From IMG/VR virus record IMGVR_UViG_3300010338_000575: DNA of 64,000 nt. One strand, 5' to 3'. Position 1 is the first letter of the stretch. Each line of letters starts with the position of its first letter. The notes below the pieces were generated by a model. It was not told the DNA's origin. It searched no databases and saw nothing but the letters and a program-made list of their open reading frames with translations. Below are positions 40,673 through 50,979 of the stretch, one piece after another. The position numbers and the translations under genes were made by a program. Origin of the DNA: a virus. Lineage: Duplodnaviria; Caudoviricetes.

Positions 40673-42982
40673 ATGGATAATTTAAATGAAGATACGATTA
40701 AACCAACATTAAATAAACCAATAAACGCACAATCAAATAATTTTGAAAAAAATTTTAAAAATATTATGAAAAGTAATGCACCTGATGTTCGTATTAATGA
40801 AATTGATGCTAATCTAAGTGAAGCAGAACAATCATTAAAGAAGAAGATTTTTAAGTTGGATAAAGTGGAAGCATTGGTATTTTCTGAACCAAAGTTAACT
40901 GCAATTTATAATGAAATGGCAAAAAATGGTGAAGAAAAATATGGTTACCACTATAATGAAACCATCATGAATATCATATTTAATGATTATATATTAAATA
41001 GTGCCAAATATTTGCAAAAATATAAAATGGCAATACCTAAAAAGAAAAAAAGAAGAGATAAATCTGGAATTAATCAATTAATGAAAAAATTTAATAAAAA
41101 AATGAATGAAAATATTAATGACGAACCAATTAAAGTAATGTTTTTGGTTAACGATTCTGATGATTCTAATGTTTATGCCTATTTTCCTGATTATGATTAT
41201 GATGAAAATAAAAAATATAAAGTAGCCTATTCGCATATTGGTCAACATTCTGCAATACATCCCGATTATGTGAAAAATAGTAGACCTGCAACACCTGAAG
41301 AATATTCTGAATTAAAATCTGAATTAGAAAACTTGGGATATGATTTGGAAGTTATCAATCCAACAAATGAAACGACTACTTCAGCATCATCTGGTGCATA
41401 TTCAGGTCCTGCTGTGTGGGGTGATGGTGATTTAATGAAGGTTAAAGGTAATTCAGTAATTAAAAGAAAACCAATTTGGAAGGGTGGTACAATTATACAA
41501 GAAACAAATTATTTAATCGATTCATCTGGTTTTGAAAAGTTTGTAAATATTATGGAAGAAACTAAAAATGATTTTAATATGTTAGATGAAAAGGCAAAAT
41601 CAAAAAAACAACAAAAATTTATGGGTATGGTTCGTGCAATACAAAAGGGCGAATTAGACCCCAAAAAGGTAAGTCCTGAAATGCGAAAAGTGGCAAAAAA
41701 TATGAAACCAAGCGATGTTAAAGATTTTGCGAAAACAAAGCATGAAGGACTACCCGAAAAAGTTGATGAAACAAAAAACGAAAATTCTATTGAATTTAAT
41801 GTTCCTGCAAAACAAACATCAATTGAACAAAATGATCAACAAATGAATGAAACAGAACAATCAATAATTGCAAAACCAACAAATACAATGGCAAATTATC
41901 CAATTGCAACTGGTGAATTGGGTAATAATGTTCCAAAAGGAACACAAAATAGTGGTGGTGTTAGTGAAAGTAATTTAAAAAATGATTTTGATTTATTAAA
42001 TGAAATAAACAACGAATTAAATGCGTATTCAAAATATCATAATAATTTAAAAAAGATTGCTGAAATGAGAAAACCATCTGCATTAGTATTAAGAGACCGC
42101 CTTGGTTCAGAAAACGAAAAAAATTTTAAAAAGGATATGAAAAATAGTGACACAGGTCAAATTATTGATATTCAAAAAGAATTACAATGGAAGGAACAAC
42201 AAACCGAAATTGATGATCCTCAAAAACTTGGTAATGATATTGAAAAAAATGTTATAAAGAAAACAAAAGGTGTTGCATTTAAAAATGTCGGTGACAGTAC
42301 AAATGATAAAGGTGATGAAATACCAAAACGTAATTTAACACAAGATGAACAAGAAGAAGTTGAAATGTATCGTTTAGGACAAGAAAGTTTAATATATGAC
42401 AACGAACCAAGTGAACGTTTTATTGAACGTATGAAAAACGATATGGGTGAACGTTTATCACAAAAAAGGGAAAAACAAATAAAATTTAGAAAAAACGCAC
42501 CGATGTATAATAAAGATACACAACCAATTGAAACTGGTACAAAAAAATCACAATTTGATAAATATGAATCGGAATGGAATGAACGTAAGGGTATTAAAGA
42601 ATCAATGATTACTGGAAGGTTTGTTGATGCATTGGGTAAAAATAGAATTATTGATTTTTATATAAATGAAGTGTCTATTGTAGATGATGTTAATAATTTG
42701 TTTGAAATAAATTTTGATGGTTTGGGTAATACATATGTTAATCGAACTGTTGATGGTAATATTGTTCTTAATGAAGATGCAATCAAATTAATTAATACGC
42801 ATAAATTATATACTGATGGAAAAAAGGTTGTTGCGATTGAAATGAATAGCAATCTAAATGAAAACTATACCGAAAATAAAAAGATTAACGCTGATTTTGT
42901 TAATAAAATTAAACATCTTTCAAACTATGATAGCAGAAAATTTATTGATACTAAAAATGTAAAAATAAAAAGAGGTTTTTAA
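40673..42982 (+). CDS. putative internal head polyprotein with DUF3008-like module
   Basis: AKSKKQQKFMGMV..QKGE..MKPSDVKDFAKTKHEGLPEKV; many (I/L/M/V)xE motifs. Confidence 0.65.
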   Translation: MDNLNEDTIKPTLNKPINAQSNNFEKNFKNIMKSNAPDVRINEIDANLSEAEQSLKKKIFKLDKVEALVFSEPKLTAIYNEMAKNGEEKYGYHYNETIMNIIFNDYILNSAKYLQKYKMAIPKKKKRRDKSGINQLMKKFNKKMNENINDEPIKVMFLVNDSDDSNVYAYFPDYDYDENKKYKVAYSHIGQHSAIHPDYVKNSRPATPEEYSELKSELENLGYDLEVINPTNETTTSASSGAYSGPAVWGDGDLMKVKGNSVIKRKPIWKGGTIIQETNYLIDSSGFEKFVNIMEETKNDFNMLDEKAKSKKQQKFMGMVRAIQKGELDPKKVSPEMRKVAKNMKPSDVKDFAKTKHEGLPEKVDETKNENSIEFNVPAKQTSIEQNDQQMNETEQSIIAKPTNTMANYPIATGELGNNVPKGTQNSGGVSESNLKNDFDLLNEINNELNAYSKYHNNLKKIAEMRKPSALVLRDRLGSENEKNFKKDMKNSDTGQIIDIQKELQWKEQQTEIDDPQKLGNDIEKNVIKKTKGVAFKNVGDSTNDKGDEIPKRNLTQDEQEEVEMYRLGQESLIYDNEPSERFIERMKNDMGERLSQKREKQIKFRKNAPMYNKDTQPIETGTKKSQFDKYESEWNERKGIKESMITGRFVDALGKNRIIDFYINEVSIVDDVNNLFEINFDGLGNTYVNRTVDGNIVLNEDAIKLINTHKLYTDGKKVVAIEMNSNLNENYTENKKINADFVNKIKHLSNYDSRKFIDTKNVKIKRGF

Positions 42983-42993
42983 TATTTTAAATT

Positions 42994-43371
42994 ATGGCTA
43001 AAAAAAGAAAGGAAATAACTAAAGAGCAATTAGATGCTGCTATGGCAAAATATCCACCAAGTAAATATATTATTTGGGGTTATAAATTTTTTTCAACAGC
43101 ACCCTTAAATAAAAATTTTAAAGAAAAATCAATATTTTTTTATTTATTATTAGTGTTTTTCTTTATTGGATTTTTTGGTACTATATTTAATGCATCGCAT
43201 AAATTAATTGCAACGGTAACAATTGGATATTTTGCATTACTTTTATTATTAACAATGTTTTCTTTAAGTGTTTTTATATTAAATGTAATAAGAATAAAAA
43301 AAATATGTAATGAATTAAAAATTAGTATTAAAGAGTATGATAAATTAATTGAAAAATATTATGAAAATTAA
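42994..43371 (+). CDS. two-TM membrane protein (holin candidate by position only)
   Basis: Two hydrophobic helices; next to the amidase. Confidence 0.45.
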   Translation: MAKKRKEITKEQLDAAMAKYPPSKYIIWGYKFFSTAPLNKNFKEKSIFFYLLLVFFFIGFFGTIFNASHKLIATVTIGYFALLLLLTMFSLSVFILNVIRIKKICNELKISIKEYDKLIEKYYEN

Positions 43372-43381
43372 TAATATTTAA

Positions 43382-43412
43382 TTGTAAATTTAATATAAAT
43401 ATTTTACCTTTG
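43382..43412 (+). promoter_or_regulatory. Bacteroidota sigma-A promoter
   Basis: TTG-N20-TACCTTTG. Confidence 0.55.
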
Positions 43413-43413
43413 T

Positions 43414-43440
43414 AAAGTGTCAAGTGTATCTTGACACTTT
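43414..43440. other. perfect 11-bp hairpin/palindrome
   Basis: AAAGTGTCAAG-TGTAT-CTTGACACTTT. Confidence 0.8.
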
Positions 43441-43457
43441 ATATTTTTAATTATATT

Positions 43458-43466
43458 GTATTTATA
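43458..43466 (+). promoter_or_regulatory. putative late promoter GTATTTATA
   Basis: Upstream of ATG 43480. Confidence 0.55.
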
Positions 43467-43479
43467 TAAAAAACTATAT

Positions 43480-44238
43480 ATGTTTAGTTTAAATAAAATA
43501 TCATTCGGAATTTTATCTGATACTGATAAATATGCTCAATCTAAACTAGATGATGAGTATAAAGAATATTCCAAATTAAATTTAAATGATATTATTAAAG
43601 TTGATTTTCCTGATAATCAATATTATAGGGAACAAACAACAAAAAAACAAATAGTATTGCATCACACTGTATCAGGAAAGGGTGTTATGGGCGATATTGA
43701 ATGGTGGAAAGGCACACCAGAAAGAATTGCAACATCAATTATAATTCAATATGATGGTAAAATTTATCAATGTTTTTCAAGTTTATATTGGGCACATCAT
43801 TTAGGTTTAAAAACATCAAATAATGTTATTTTAAATAAAGCATCGATTGGTGTTGAAATTGATTCGTGGGGACCTTTAATGAAATATCAAAACAAATGGT
43901 ATCCGATTATATGGAGTAATTCTTTAAAAAAAGAAATACCAAATATTAAACAAAAACCTATTGACGATAATAATGTAATTATATATCCTAATGGATTTAA
44001 TGGTTATTACGCTTTCGAAAAATATACAAATAATCAAATTGATAGTTTAAGAAAATTATTAATATATTGGGGTGATAGATATAACATACCACTTGATTAT
44101 AATGATGATATGTGGTCGGTGAGTGAAAGGGCATTAAGTGGTGTGTCTGGTATTTGGACTCATGTTAGTTATAGAAGTGATAAATCAGATTGCCATCCAC
44201 AACCCGAATTAATTGAAATGTTAAAATCATTAAAATAA
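43480..44238 (+). CDS. N-acetylmuramoyl-L-alanine amidase (Amidase_2; endolysin candidate)
   Basis: IVLHHT, WAHHLG, SIGVEI, YT..Q..L..L, IWTH..KSDC. Confidence 0.8.
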   Translation: MFSLNKISFGILSDTDKYAQSKLDDEYKEYSKLNLNDIIKVDFPDNQYYREQTTKKQIVLHHTVSGKGVMGDIEWWKGTPERIATSIIIQYDGKIYQCFSSLYWAHHLGLKTSNNVILNKASIGVEIDSWGPLMKYQNKWYPIIWSNSLKKEIPNIKQKPIDDNNVIIYPNGFNGYYAFEKYTNNQIDSLRKLLIYWGDRYNIPLDYNDDMWSVSERALSGVSGIWTHVSYRSDKSDCHPQPELIEMLKSLK

Positions 44239-44239
44239 T

Positions 44240-44671
44240 ATGGAAAAGATATTAACACATGTTATTGTTAAGGAAAGGGTAGAAACTTATAAAGATTTTA
44301 CTATCAATTTATTATATTATATTTATAATTATTATATTGATAAGGAAAGTCTTGATGATGATAATGATATAAGAAATCATTTTAACTGGTGTTATAAATG
44401 TGTTTGTGATAATTTTAAGAAAGAAGGGATATTATTTGATAATAATGAAGAATTAAAAGAATATTTTTATACCTATTATTATACACAATTTTATAAAATA
44501 AAAGTTGACCCAATAAAAGATATTGGTTTTAAATTTTATGAAAATTTTTGGAATAGTATTTTTAACATTGAAAAATATGTAAATAAGGATAAGGTTAAAT
44601 TATTTATTGAAATTTATTTAATTTTCGATAAAACATTTATAAATGTATATGAAGATACAAAAATTTTATAA
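44240..44671 (+). CDS. hypothetical protein
   Basis: 143-aa ORF. Confidence 0.7.
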   Translation: MEKILTHVIVKERVETYKDFTINLLYYIYNYYIDKESLDDDNDIRNHFNWCYKCVCDNFKKEGILFDNNEELKEYFYTYYYTQFYKIKVDPIKDIGFKFYENFWNSIFNIEKYVNKDKVKLFIEIYLIFDKTFINVYEDTKIL

Positions 44672-44763
44672 ATTTTTTTAAAAAAAACCTTGTATATTTC
44701 GTATTAATATTATATTTTTACAAAAATAAAAATAACATTAATTTTAAATAAAAACAAACAACT

Positions 44764-45039
44764 ATGGCTAATTTGAAATTAGATTTACTAAACAAAGTAT
44801 CAATTGACAAGATGTATGAAGAAATGGAACTTGTACGATTGGCACAAGAACCTAACATGAATTATCGTGAAAAGGTAGAAACAATGATTGAAAGGTTGAA
44901 AAATATTGCTATTTTAAACCAACAAATCACTTTAATCAATCAATATTTTCCTGAACAATCACAACAAAATCAGGTACAGCAACCTCAACAACAATATCAG
45001 ACACAACAACCACATCACGGTCAAACACACGCTGAATAA
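44764..45039 (+). CDS. hypothetical protein with Gln-rich tail
   Basis: 91-aa ORF. Confidence 0.7.
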   Translation: MANLKLDLLNKVSIDKMYEEMELVRLAQEPNMNYREKVETMIERLKNIAILNQQITLINQYFPEQSQQNQVQQPQQQYQTQQPHHGQTHAE

Positions 45040-45047
45040 CAACGAGT

Positions 45048-45242
45048 ATGTTTATTTTTGATGAAATATATCAAATGTTGTTTATATCTTCCATCGTTTT
45101 TATAATATACGTCAGTTTTGATTTATTTATAAAAACGTATGGAAGATTTAAATTAAATAGAGAAACTAGGTTTGTTTTAACAAAAACCGAAAAAATAATA
45201 TTATGGTTATCAATATCAATATTTTTTACATATTTAATTTAA
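45048..45242 (+). CDS. small membrane protein
   Basis: Two hydrophobic segments. Confidence 0.6.
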   Translation: MFIFDEIYQMLFISSIVFIIYVSFDLFIKTYGRFKLNRETRFVLTKTEKIILWLSISIFFTYLI

Positions 45243-45243
45243 T

Positions 45244-45771
45244 GTGATGAAAGTAGTTTACGAAAAATTAAAACCTCTTGATGGTTATTTAGTTTCAATT
45301 GTTGTAAATACCATAAATGGTTGGTATGAACTTGAAATTGGTTTACCAATTAATTGGGTATATGATGAAAATTCGGAAGTTGGGTGTAGTGTTATATCAA
45401 AAAATGATAATGGTGTTTTATTAAAAATACATCCCAAAAATGAAAATGTCGTAATTGATGATTTAATTAATTTTGTTAAAATTATAATTGAAACTAATAT
45501 AAAAATTGAAGAAAAGGAAAAAGAATTTACTGATAAAATGAAAAAAATGAAAGAACAACTGGAAGAAGAAGCACGTAAATTTTATGATGAATTGGATGAT
45601 ATGAAAAATAAATCTTTTAAGAATTTTAATGATACTTTTGTTGAAGAAATTAAATCTGAAAAAAAGAGTAAAAACAGTAAAAAAACAAGTACAAAAACAA
45701 AAGAAATTGTTGAAAATTATGATGAAAATGATGATGTCGATATAATAAAAGATATTTCGAATGATAAATAA
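45244..45771 (+). CDS. hypothetical protein with coiled coil
   Basis: 175-aa ORF. Confidence 0.7.
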   Translation: MMKVVYEKLKPLDGYLVSIVVNTINGWYELEIGLPINWVYDENSEVGCSVISKNDNGVLLKIHPKNENVVIDDLINFVKIIIETNIKIEEKEKEFTDKMKKMKEQLEEEARKFYDELDDMKNKSFKNFNDTFVEEIKSEKKSKNSKKTSTKTKEIVENYDENDDVDIIKDISNDK

Positions 45772-45780
45772 ATCTTTTAT

Positions 45781-46131
45781 ATGGACGAAAAAAATGATTT
45801 AATATCTATCGATTATGATGATAATAATGATAATTATGAATCATTTAATAATTTTATAACTGGTTATACCGAAACACAAAAAAATCTCTTTATTAATGAT
45901 GTTGAAATTTATGGTAGTTTATATTTAGATGAAATTGAAAAGAAAAAGAAAATTTATAATGAAAAAAAGAAAAAAATGATTCCATATATTTTGAAATCCA
46001 CTGATAAATATACTGAAAATGAACTAATTAAATATAGTTTAGATGATGTTATTAATATTTATAATGAATGTAAAATAAAAAACAGACCGTTTTTAGTAAA
46101 ATTATTCCATTTCATTTTCAATTTTGATTAA
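45781..46131 (+). CDS. hypothetical protein
   Basis: 116-aa ORF. Confidence 0.65.
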   Translation: MDEKNDLISIDYDDNNDNYESFNNFITGYTETQKNLFINDVEIYGSLYLDEIEKKKKIYNEKKKKMIPYILKSTDKYTENELIKYSLDDVINIYNECKIKNRPFLVKLFHFIFNFD

Positions 46132-46181
46132 ATGTTATTATATTTGATGCGCATGTCGAACCATTAAATTCTAATTAAATT

Positions 46182-46967
46182 ATGGGACAATTTAACACAA
46201 TTTTTAACAAAGCGAGTATATATGAAATGTTTTTCTTTAATGTTAAGGCTGCGTTAATATATCCAACGTTGAATGATTTAACCACAAACGTTGAATTATA
46301 TAATAATTGGATTAAGTTATCAAAATTTAAATATGGGCTAAATGATAATTCATCGCAAGATGATTTGAATGCAACATATCTTGAATATGCGCCCAATCAT
46401 ACTGATTATGTAAAGATTATTGCAATAACATACGCAACATTATATTTAGAAGATGGTAAAATAAAACGCTTTTTTAAAAAAATTATTAATAATGATGAAT
46501 CTTCTAATATTGAACATTTTTTTGATGTATTAAATCAAATATCATCAGATGGTGTTGCATCACAACCACAATATTTTCCAACATTATGTGGTTATAATAT
46601 AATTAATTATGATATACCATTATTATTGAAAAGATTTTTGGTTTATAGAGATAACATAAATGAAAATAATAAAAAAATACCATATATTTTAAAAAGATGT
46701 TTAGATACAAAACCTTGGGATAGTGATATTATTGATGTGATGAATCTTTTTAAATTTAATGGTTATGATGGAATGCCATTATCATTGATTATCAATATGT
46801 TAAATTTGAAAAAAAAGGATGATTTATTATCGAATGCTGATTTATCAAAATATTATTGGGAGAATATTAATGTTGATGTTGATAAAACCCTAGAATTTGT
46901 TTCATTACAATCAGCAATACAAACAAATGCTTGTATTCAAATCGTTAATGAGTTAAGACAATTATAA
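46182..46967 (+). CDS. PolB-type 3'-5' exonuclease-like protein with degenerate active site
   Basis: LCGYNIINYDIPLLLKR..KPWD..IDVM..; ExoI DxE replaced by NVK; TATATTTG at 46139 upstream. Confidence 0.6.
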   Translation: MGQFNTIFNKASIYEMFFFNVKAALIYPTLNDLTTNVELYNNWIKLSKFKYGLNDNSSQDDLNATYLEYAPNHTDYVKIIAITYATLYLEDGKIKRFFKKIINNDESSNIEHFFDVLNQISSDGVASQPQYFPTLCGYNIINYDIPLLLKRFLVYRDNINENNKKIPYILKRCLDTKPWDSDIIDVMNLFKFNGYDGMPLSLIINMLNLKKKDDLLSNADLSKYYWENINVDVDKTLEFVSLQSAIQTNACIQIVNELRQL

Positions 46968-46986
46968 TATCATTTTTTTTATGATG

Positions 46987-47011
46987 AATGGTAATAATTT
47001 TTATTACCATT
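46987..47011 (+). terminator. intrinsic terminator
   Basis: AATGGTAATAA-TTT-TTATTACCATT + T run. Confidence 0.65.
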
Positions 47012-47075
47012 TTTTTTTATATAATAATGATAATCATATGTGTTTTTGTATTTATTATTGAATAATATTATTAAA

Positions 47076-48026
47076 GTGGGAAAAAGAGCGTGTTTGATTT
47101 CAGGTGGTGGTATTTGGACTGCATATAATTGTGGTACATTAGAACGAATTGATAATAATTATGATTTGGTTGTTAGTATTTCAACTGGAAATTTAATTGC
47201 ACCTTTTGTTGCATTAAATGATTGGAATACATTAAAAAATGTGTTGTTTAATATAAACGATTGGAATTTTTTTTATGGTAATCAAAGATTATATCATCCC
47301 AATAGAAATTATAAAAGGTTACAGATTTTACCAATATTATTATCACTTTTTTTTAAAAAAAAATATAAAATCATATCAAAAAACATTTATGATTTAATTA
47401 ATACAAATTTTACTGAAAAACATTATTTCGAGTTAATTGAAAATAATAAAGAAGTGGTTATTGGTGCAATAAATTATGCACAGATACCAGCAAAAATACA
47501 CTATTTTAATTCGAAATATGTCGAATTTAATGATTTTAAAGATTGGATGTGGGGTGGTGCAAATAATCCATTTTATTTGTTTTTACTAACAAAAGGATGG
47601 AAAGACTCAAACAATTATTTTCACGTGGGTAAATGGGGTAATGGTGGTATTATTGAACTTGTTAATTTTGATATGTTGTTTAATAAAAACTATACAGAAA
47701 TTGATGTGATATTAACAAGAACAAAACCTTATGAAATTTTTGAAAACAATAATATTAATTCAATTAATAATAAATTACAAATTATAATCGATACAATACA
47801 ACATAATCTTGAATTTTCATATTTTTACGAAAAAATAAAAATACTAAATAAACAAGGTGCTAAAATTACTGTATATTGGTTGCCAAATGATTTTGATATT
47901 AATATATCACCTAAAAATAAAAAATCGGTTGAAAATTTATGGAAATTGGGATATGATAACGCATTTAATATGGATAGAATTGATGTTTATAATCCGATTA
48001 ATTGTAAAAAGAATAGATATTTATAA
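47076..48026 (+). CDS. patatin-like protein with degenerate catalytic motifs
   Basis: LISGGG, SISTG (GxSxG), WGNGG (DGG to NGG); GTATTTATT at 47048 supports the GTG start at 47076. Confidence 0.65.
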   Translation: MGKRACLISGGGIWTAYNCGTLERIDNNYDLVVSISTGNLIAPFVALNDWNTLKNVLFNINDWNFFYGNQRLYHPNRNYKRLQILPILLSLFFKKKYKIISKNIYDLINTNFTEKHYFELIENNKEVVIGAINYAQIPAKIHYFNSKYVEFNDFKDWMWGGANNPFYLFLLTKGWKDSNNYFHVGKWGNGGIIELVNFDMLFNKNYTEIDVILTRTKPYEIFENNNINSINNKLQIIIDTIQHNLEFSYFYEKIKILNKQGAKITVYWLPNDFDINISPKNKKSVENLWKLGYDNAFNMDRIDVYNPINCKKNRYL

Positions 48027-48049
48027 ATGATTTATTGGAATGTGGCTAA

Positions 48050-48358
48050 TTACACCCATTCCAATAAATCAGAAAATTTACCATCAATATAATCAGAATC
48101 ATATATTTTATCAAATTCATTTTCAGATAACATGGCGATTTTTATCTTTGATTCACCATAATATACCGAGTTAATCAAATCGATTATTGTGTGATAAAAT
48201 GTATAATTTAATGTTTTATGATTAAAACTATAAATTATACATTCGTGCCAATTGTTGTCATTCTGATCGATTGAATAATTTAATATAACACCAATTGTTC
48301 TTTTGATTGTAATTCCAGTAATTTCTTCGTTGTGAATTGTTTTAATTTTAGTTTTCAT
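48050..48358 (-). CDS. hypothetical protein
   Basis: 102-aa ORF. Confidence 0.65.
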   Translation of the reverse strand: MKTKIKTIHNEEITGITIKRTIGVILNYSIDQNDNNWHECIIYSFNHKTLNYTFYHTIIDLINSVYYGESKIKIAMLSENEFDKIYDSDYIDGKFSDLLEWV

Positions 48359-48369
48359 AACTATAATAT

Positions 48370-49113
48370 TTATTGATTAATCAACACTATATTGTTCATA
48401 AATATCGAATCTAATGGATTTTTCAAATCCTCTGATTGATGTATTTCATAATGTAAACTAAAACCAGTAGTGCGACCCGAATTACCAACAGTACCAATTA
48501 ATTGTTCCTTAGTGACAAAATCATTTTCCTTAACATATATTCTATTTAAATGTGAATATAATGTTTTAAAACCGATAGAATTTTTTATAATAATATAGTT
48601 ACCATAATCCAAGTTTTTTTGCTTATTATTTTTTCTAATAAAAACCACCTTACCACTCATTGTTGCATATACATTACTATTAAATGGGGCAGCAATATCA
48701 ATACCCTTGTGAAATTGTTTTTTATGCGTTATTGGATTTATTCTCCATCCAAATTCAGATGTTATTTTTACTGATTCTGATTTTTTAATTGGTAATTCAG
48801 TTGGAAATAAATTATAAAATTCATTCAAGTATTTGATTATTGAATCAGTTGGCATGTTATTTACATCAATTTTTTTGTTCATAAATCTAATATAGATGTT
48901 ATCCATAAAATCAGAAACAATTTTATTTCTCTGATATAATTCATTATTTTTTTTGGATAATTCGTTATTTATATACGATAATTGATGATTATATTTACCA
49001 TCAATTGATGTTGCATTAGTGTTGTTAGTCCCATTAATTGTAATTAATAGACTTAATATAAAAAATAACAACAATACAACAACCATTTTAATGATTAAAT
49101 TCAAATATTTCAT
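48370..49113 (-). CDS. M23 family peptidase with N-terminal TM/signal
   Basis: ITSEFGWR..HKGID..YGN..YSHL..GNSGRTTG..LHYE. Confidence 0.9.
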   Translation of the reverse strand: MKYLNLIIKMVVVLLLFFILSLLITINGTNNTNATSIDGKYNHQLSYINNELSKKNNELYQRNKIVSDFMDNIYIRFMNKKIDVNNMPTDSIIKYLNEFYNLFPTELPIKKSESVKITSEFGWRINPITHKKQFHKGIDIAAPFNSNVYATMSGKVVFIRKNNKQKNLDYGNYIIIKNSIGFKTLYSHLNRIYVKENDFVTKEQLIGTVGNSGRTTGFSLHYEIHQSEDLKNPLDSIFMNNIVLINQ

Positions 49114-49392
49114 AAGACAAAAATTTAGTTACAATTATTTTTTTACAAAAAAAATAAAAATTAGATTAATAATAAAGTTATGATTATTTAGTTTATAAAT
49201 GAAAATGCCCGAAATTTTTTGTTTTTCGGGTATTTGTTGCATATATAGTGGTTACATGTCCACTTATTGTAATGATAGTGGTGTATTTGAAAATTCGGTG
49301 ATTTAATTTTATTTAAAAAAAAATTAAACATATCAAGTATAAATAGTTTTTATTTTAAAAAAATACCATAATACTAATTATCAATATGTTAA

Positions 49393-50127
49393 TTAATTTG
49401 ATTCAATTCTGTCGTTATTTATTGTTTTATAAGTAATTCTTTTTATAAAATAATTTGGATTAAAAATAAATAAATTTGTGTTTTTTATTTGATTAAAATC
49501 ATATTTTTCTAATATTGAATGTATTTTATGTGTATTTGTTTCTATATTATTTTTATCAAAAAAATTGTTTAATCCATAATAATTCATTCCAGATATTTTA
49601 TTTTTTTTATCATCATCAACATATAAAAATTTTCTATATTTAAAATAGTCAAAATCAATTGGATTGTATTGGAATGGTAATGCTAATGTTAATATTAACG
49701 TATTTTTATTATAAAATTCTCTATAAATCATTTCAAAAAATTCGTCAACAATGCCACATTTTCTATACTCTTTATGTAGCACAAATGTGTTGATGAATAC
49801 AATTTTGTCATAATCATTAATGTTGATATAATTATTATTAATTGCAAATAATAATTCATTGTATGATTTAACAAATTTATAATTATATAATAATGTGATT
49901 ATATCAAGATTTAGCATTTTTACCAATTCAACATTCCAAATCGATATCATATATTCACCAATAATTAACGGCTTTTTTTGCTCATCAATTCTTAATTTTG
50001 AAATAATTCCATCACAATGTGTTATAATATTATCGTTATTATCAATTAAATCAAAATTTTTTCGATATGCGGTTGTTTTAAATGAAATATTTTTCCACAA
50101 ATTCCATATTTTTTTATCAACAGTCAT
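49393..50127 (-). CDS. hypothetical protein, possible GNAT-like fold
   Basis: FINTFVLHKEYRKCGIV. Confidence 0.5.
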   Translation of the reverse strand: MTVDKKIWNLWKNISFKTTAYRKNFDLIDNNDNIITHCDGIISKLRIDEQKKPLIIGEYMISIWNVELVKMLNLDIITLLYNYKFVKSYNELLFAINNNYININDYDKIVFINTFVLHKEYRKCGIVDEFFEMIYREFYNKNTLILTLALPFQYNPIDFDYFKYRKFLYVDDDKKNKISGMNYYGLNNFFDKNNIETNTHKIHSILEKYDFNQIKNTNLFIFNPNYFIKRITYKTINNDRIESN

Positions 50128-50194
50128 ATATAATATGCAATTAAGATAGTGTTTATAAATTGAATATCAATCATAAATGATTGATTATTTGAGA

Positions 50195-50647
50195 TTAATG
50201 TTGATTTAATTCAAACGATTTATTCATTTTATTCATTAATTGAACATAATATGTTTTAATAGTATCCACACTTAAATAATCTTTTGGTTCATATTCATGT
50301 TCAATTGTTTTTGACCAATATAAATTGATATTTAATCTATTCATATCATTTATGAAATCATTTACAGTTAATGGTAAAGGTAATGATTGTTTTATATTTT
50401 GTTTATTTATAATATAATGATTGGGGTAAAATTCTAATATAATATTTTCACTATTAGTAAATTTATACCAATTAACCATATTTTTTCCAACCCAATCATC
50501 AAATAATAATTTCACATTATTTTCATCATCACATACACGAAATAACATATTAATATGAAACGATTGTTTCAATAATTTTTTATATTTAATCGTACCACAT
50601 GTATCAATATATGGTACAACTTTAATCATCTCAGTTTTATTAAACAT
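50195..50647 (-). CDS. hypothetical protein
   Basis: 150-aa ORF downstream of an ECF-type promoter. Confidence 0.7.
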   Translation of the reverse strand: MFNKTEMIKVVPYIDTCGTIKYKKLLKQSFHINMLFRVCDDENNVKLLFDDWVGKNMVNWYKFTNSENIILEFYPNHYIINKQNIKQSLPLPLTVNDFINDMNRLNINLYWSKTIEHEYEPKDYLSVDTIKTYYVQLMNKMNKSFELNQH

Positions 50648-50672
50648 AATAAATATTTATTTCTTTAACGAA

Positions 50673-50701
50673 TATACGAATCAAACAATAAAATGTTACA
50701 A
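50673..50701 (-). promoter_or_regulatory. ECF-type promoter TTGTAACA-N14-TCGTATA
   Basis: Exact motif upstream of 50647. Confidence 0.75.
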
Positions 50702-50742
50702 AATTGATTAATAATTTATCAATTTATAACATTTTTTAAAAA

Positions 50743-50973
50743 CTATTCGTTAATTAAATCATATTCTTCTGCAACAATGACTAATATTTTTGACGGTAAT
50801 GGTTTTTTTTGGTTTTTAAATTCATTTTTCATTAGTTCCGTAATATTATGTGAAGTAAATACTTGACCAATATCCATCCACGTTCTATTTGTGATGGTGA
50901 ATAATAATTCTTCAGTATTACTATCATAAATCTTCACACTTATTCTTGGTGTTTCTTTGTTGTATCTACTCAT
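50743..50973 (-). CDS. hypothetical protein
   Basis: 76-aa ORF. Confidence 0.65.
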   Translation of the reverse strand: MSRYNKETPRISVKIYDSNTEELLFTITNRTWMDIGQVFTSHNITELMKNEFKNQKKPLPSKILVIVAEEYDLINE

Positions 50974-50979
50974 ATTTTA

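Noticed and set aside
44950-45015. CAA-rich repeat
   Set aside because: Explained by the Gln-rich protein tail
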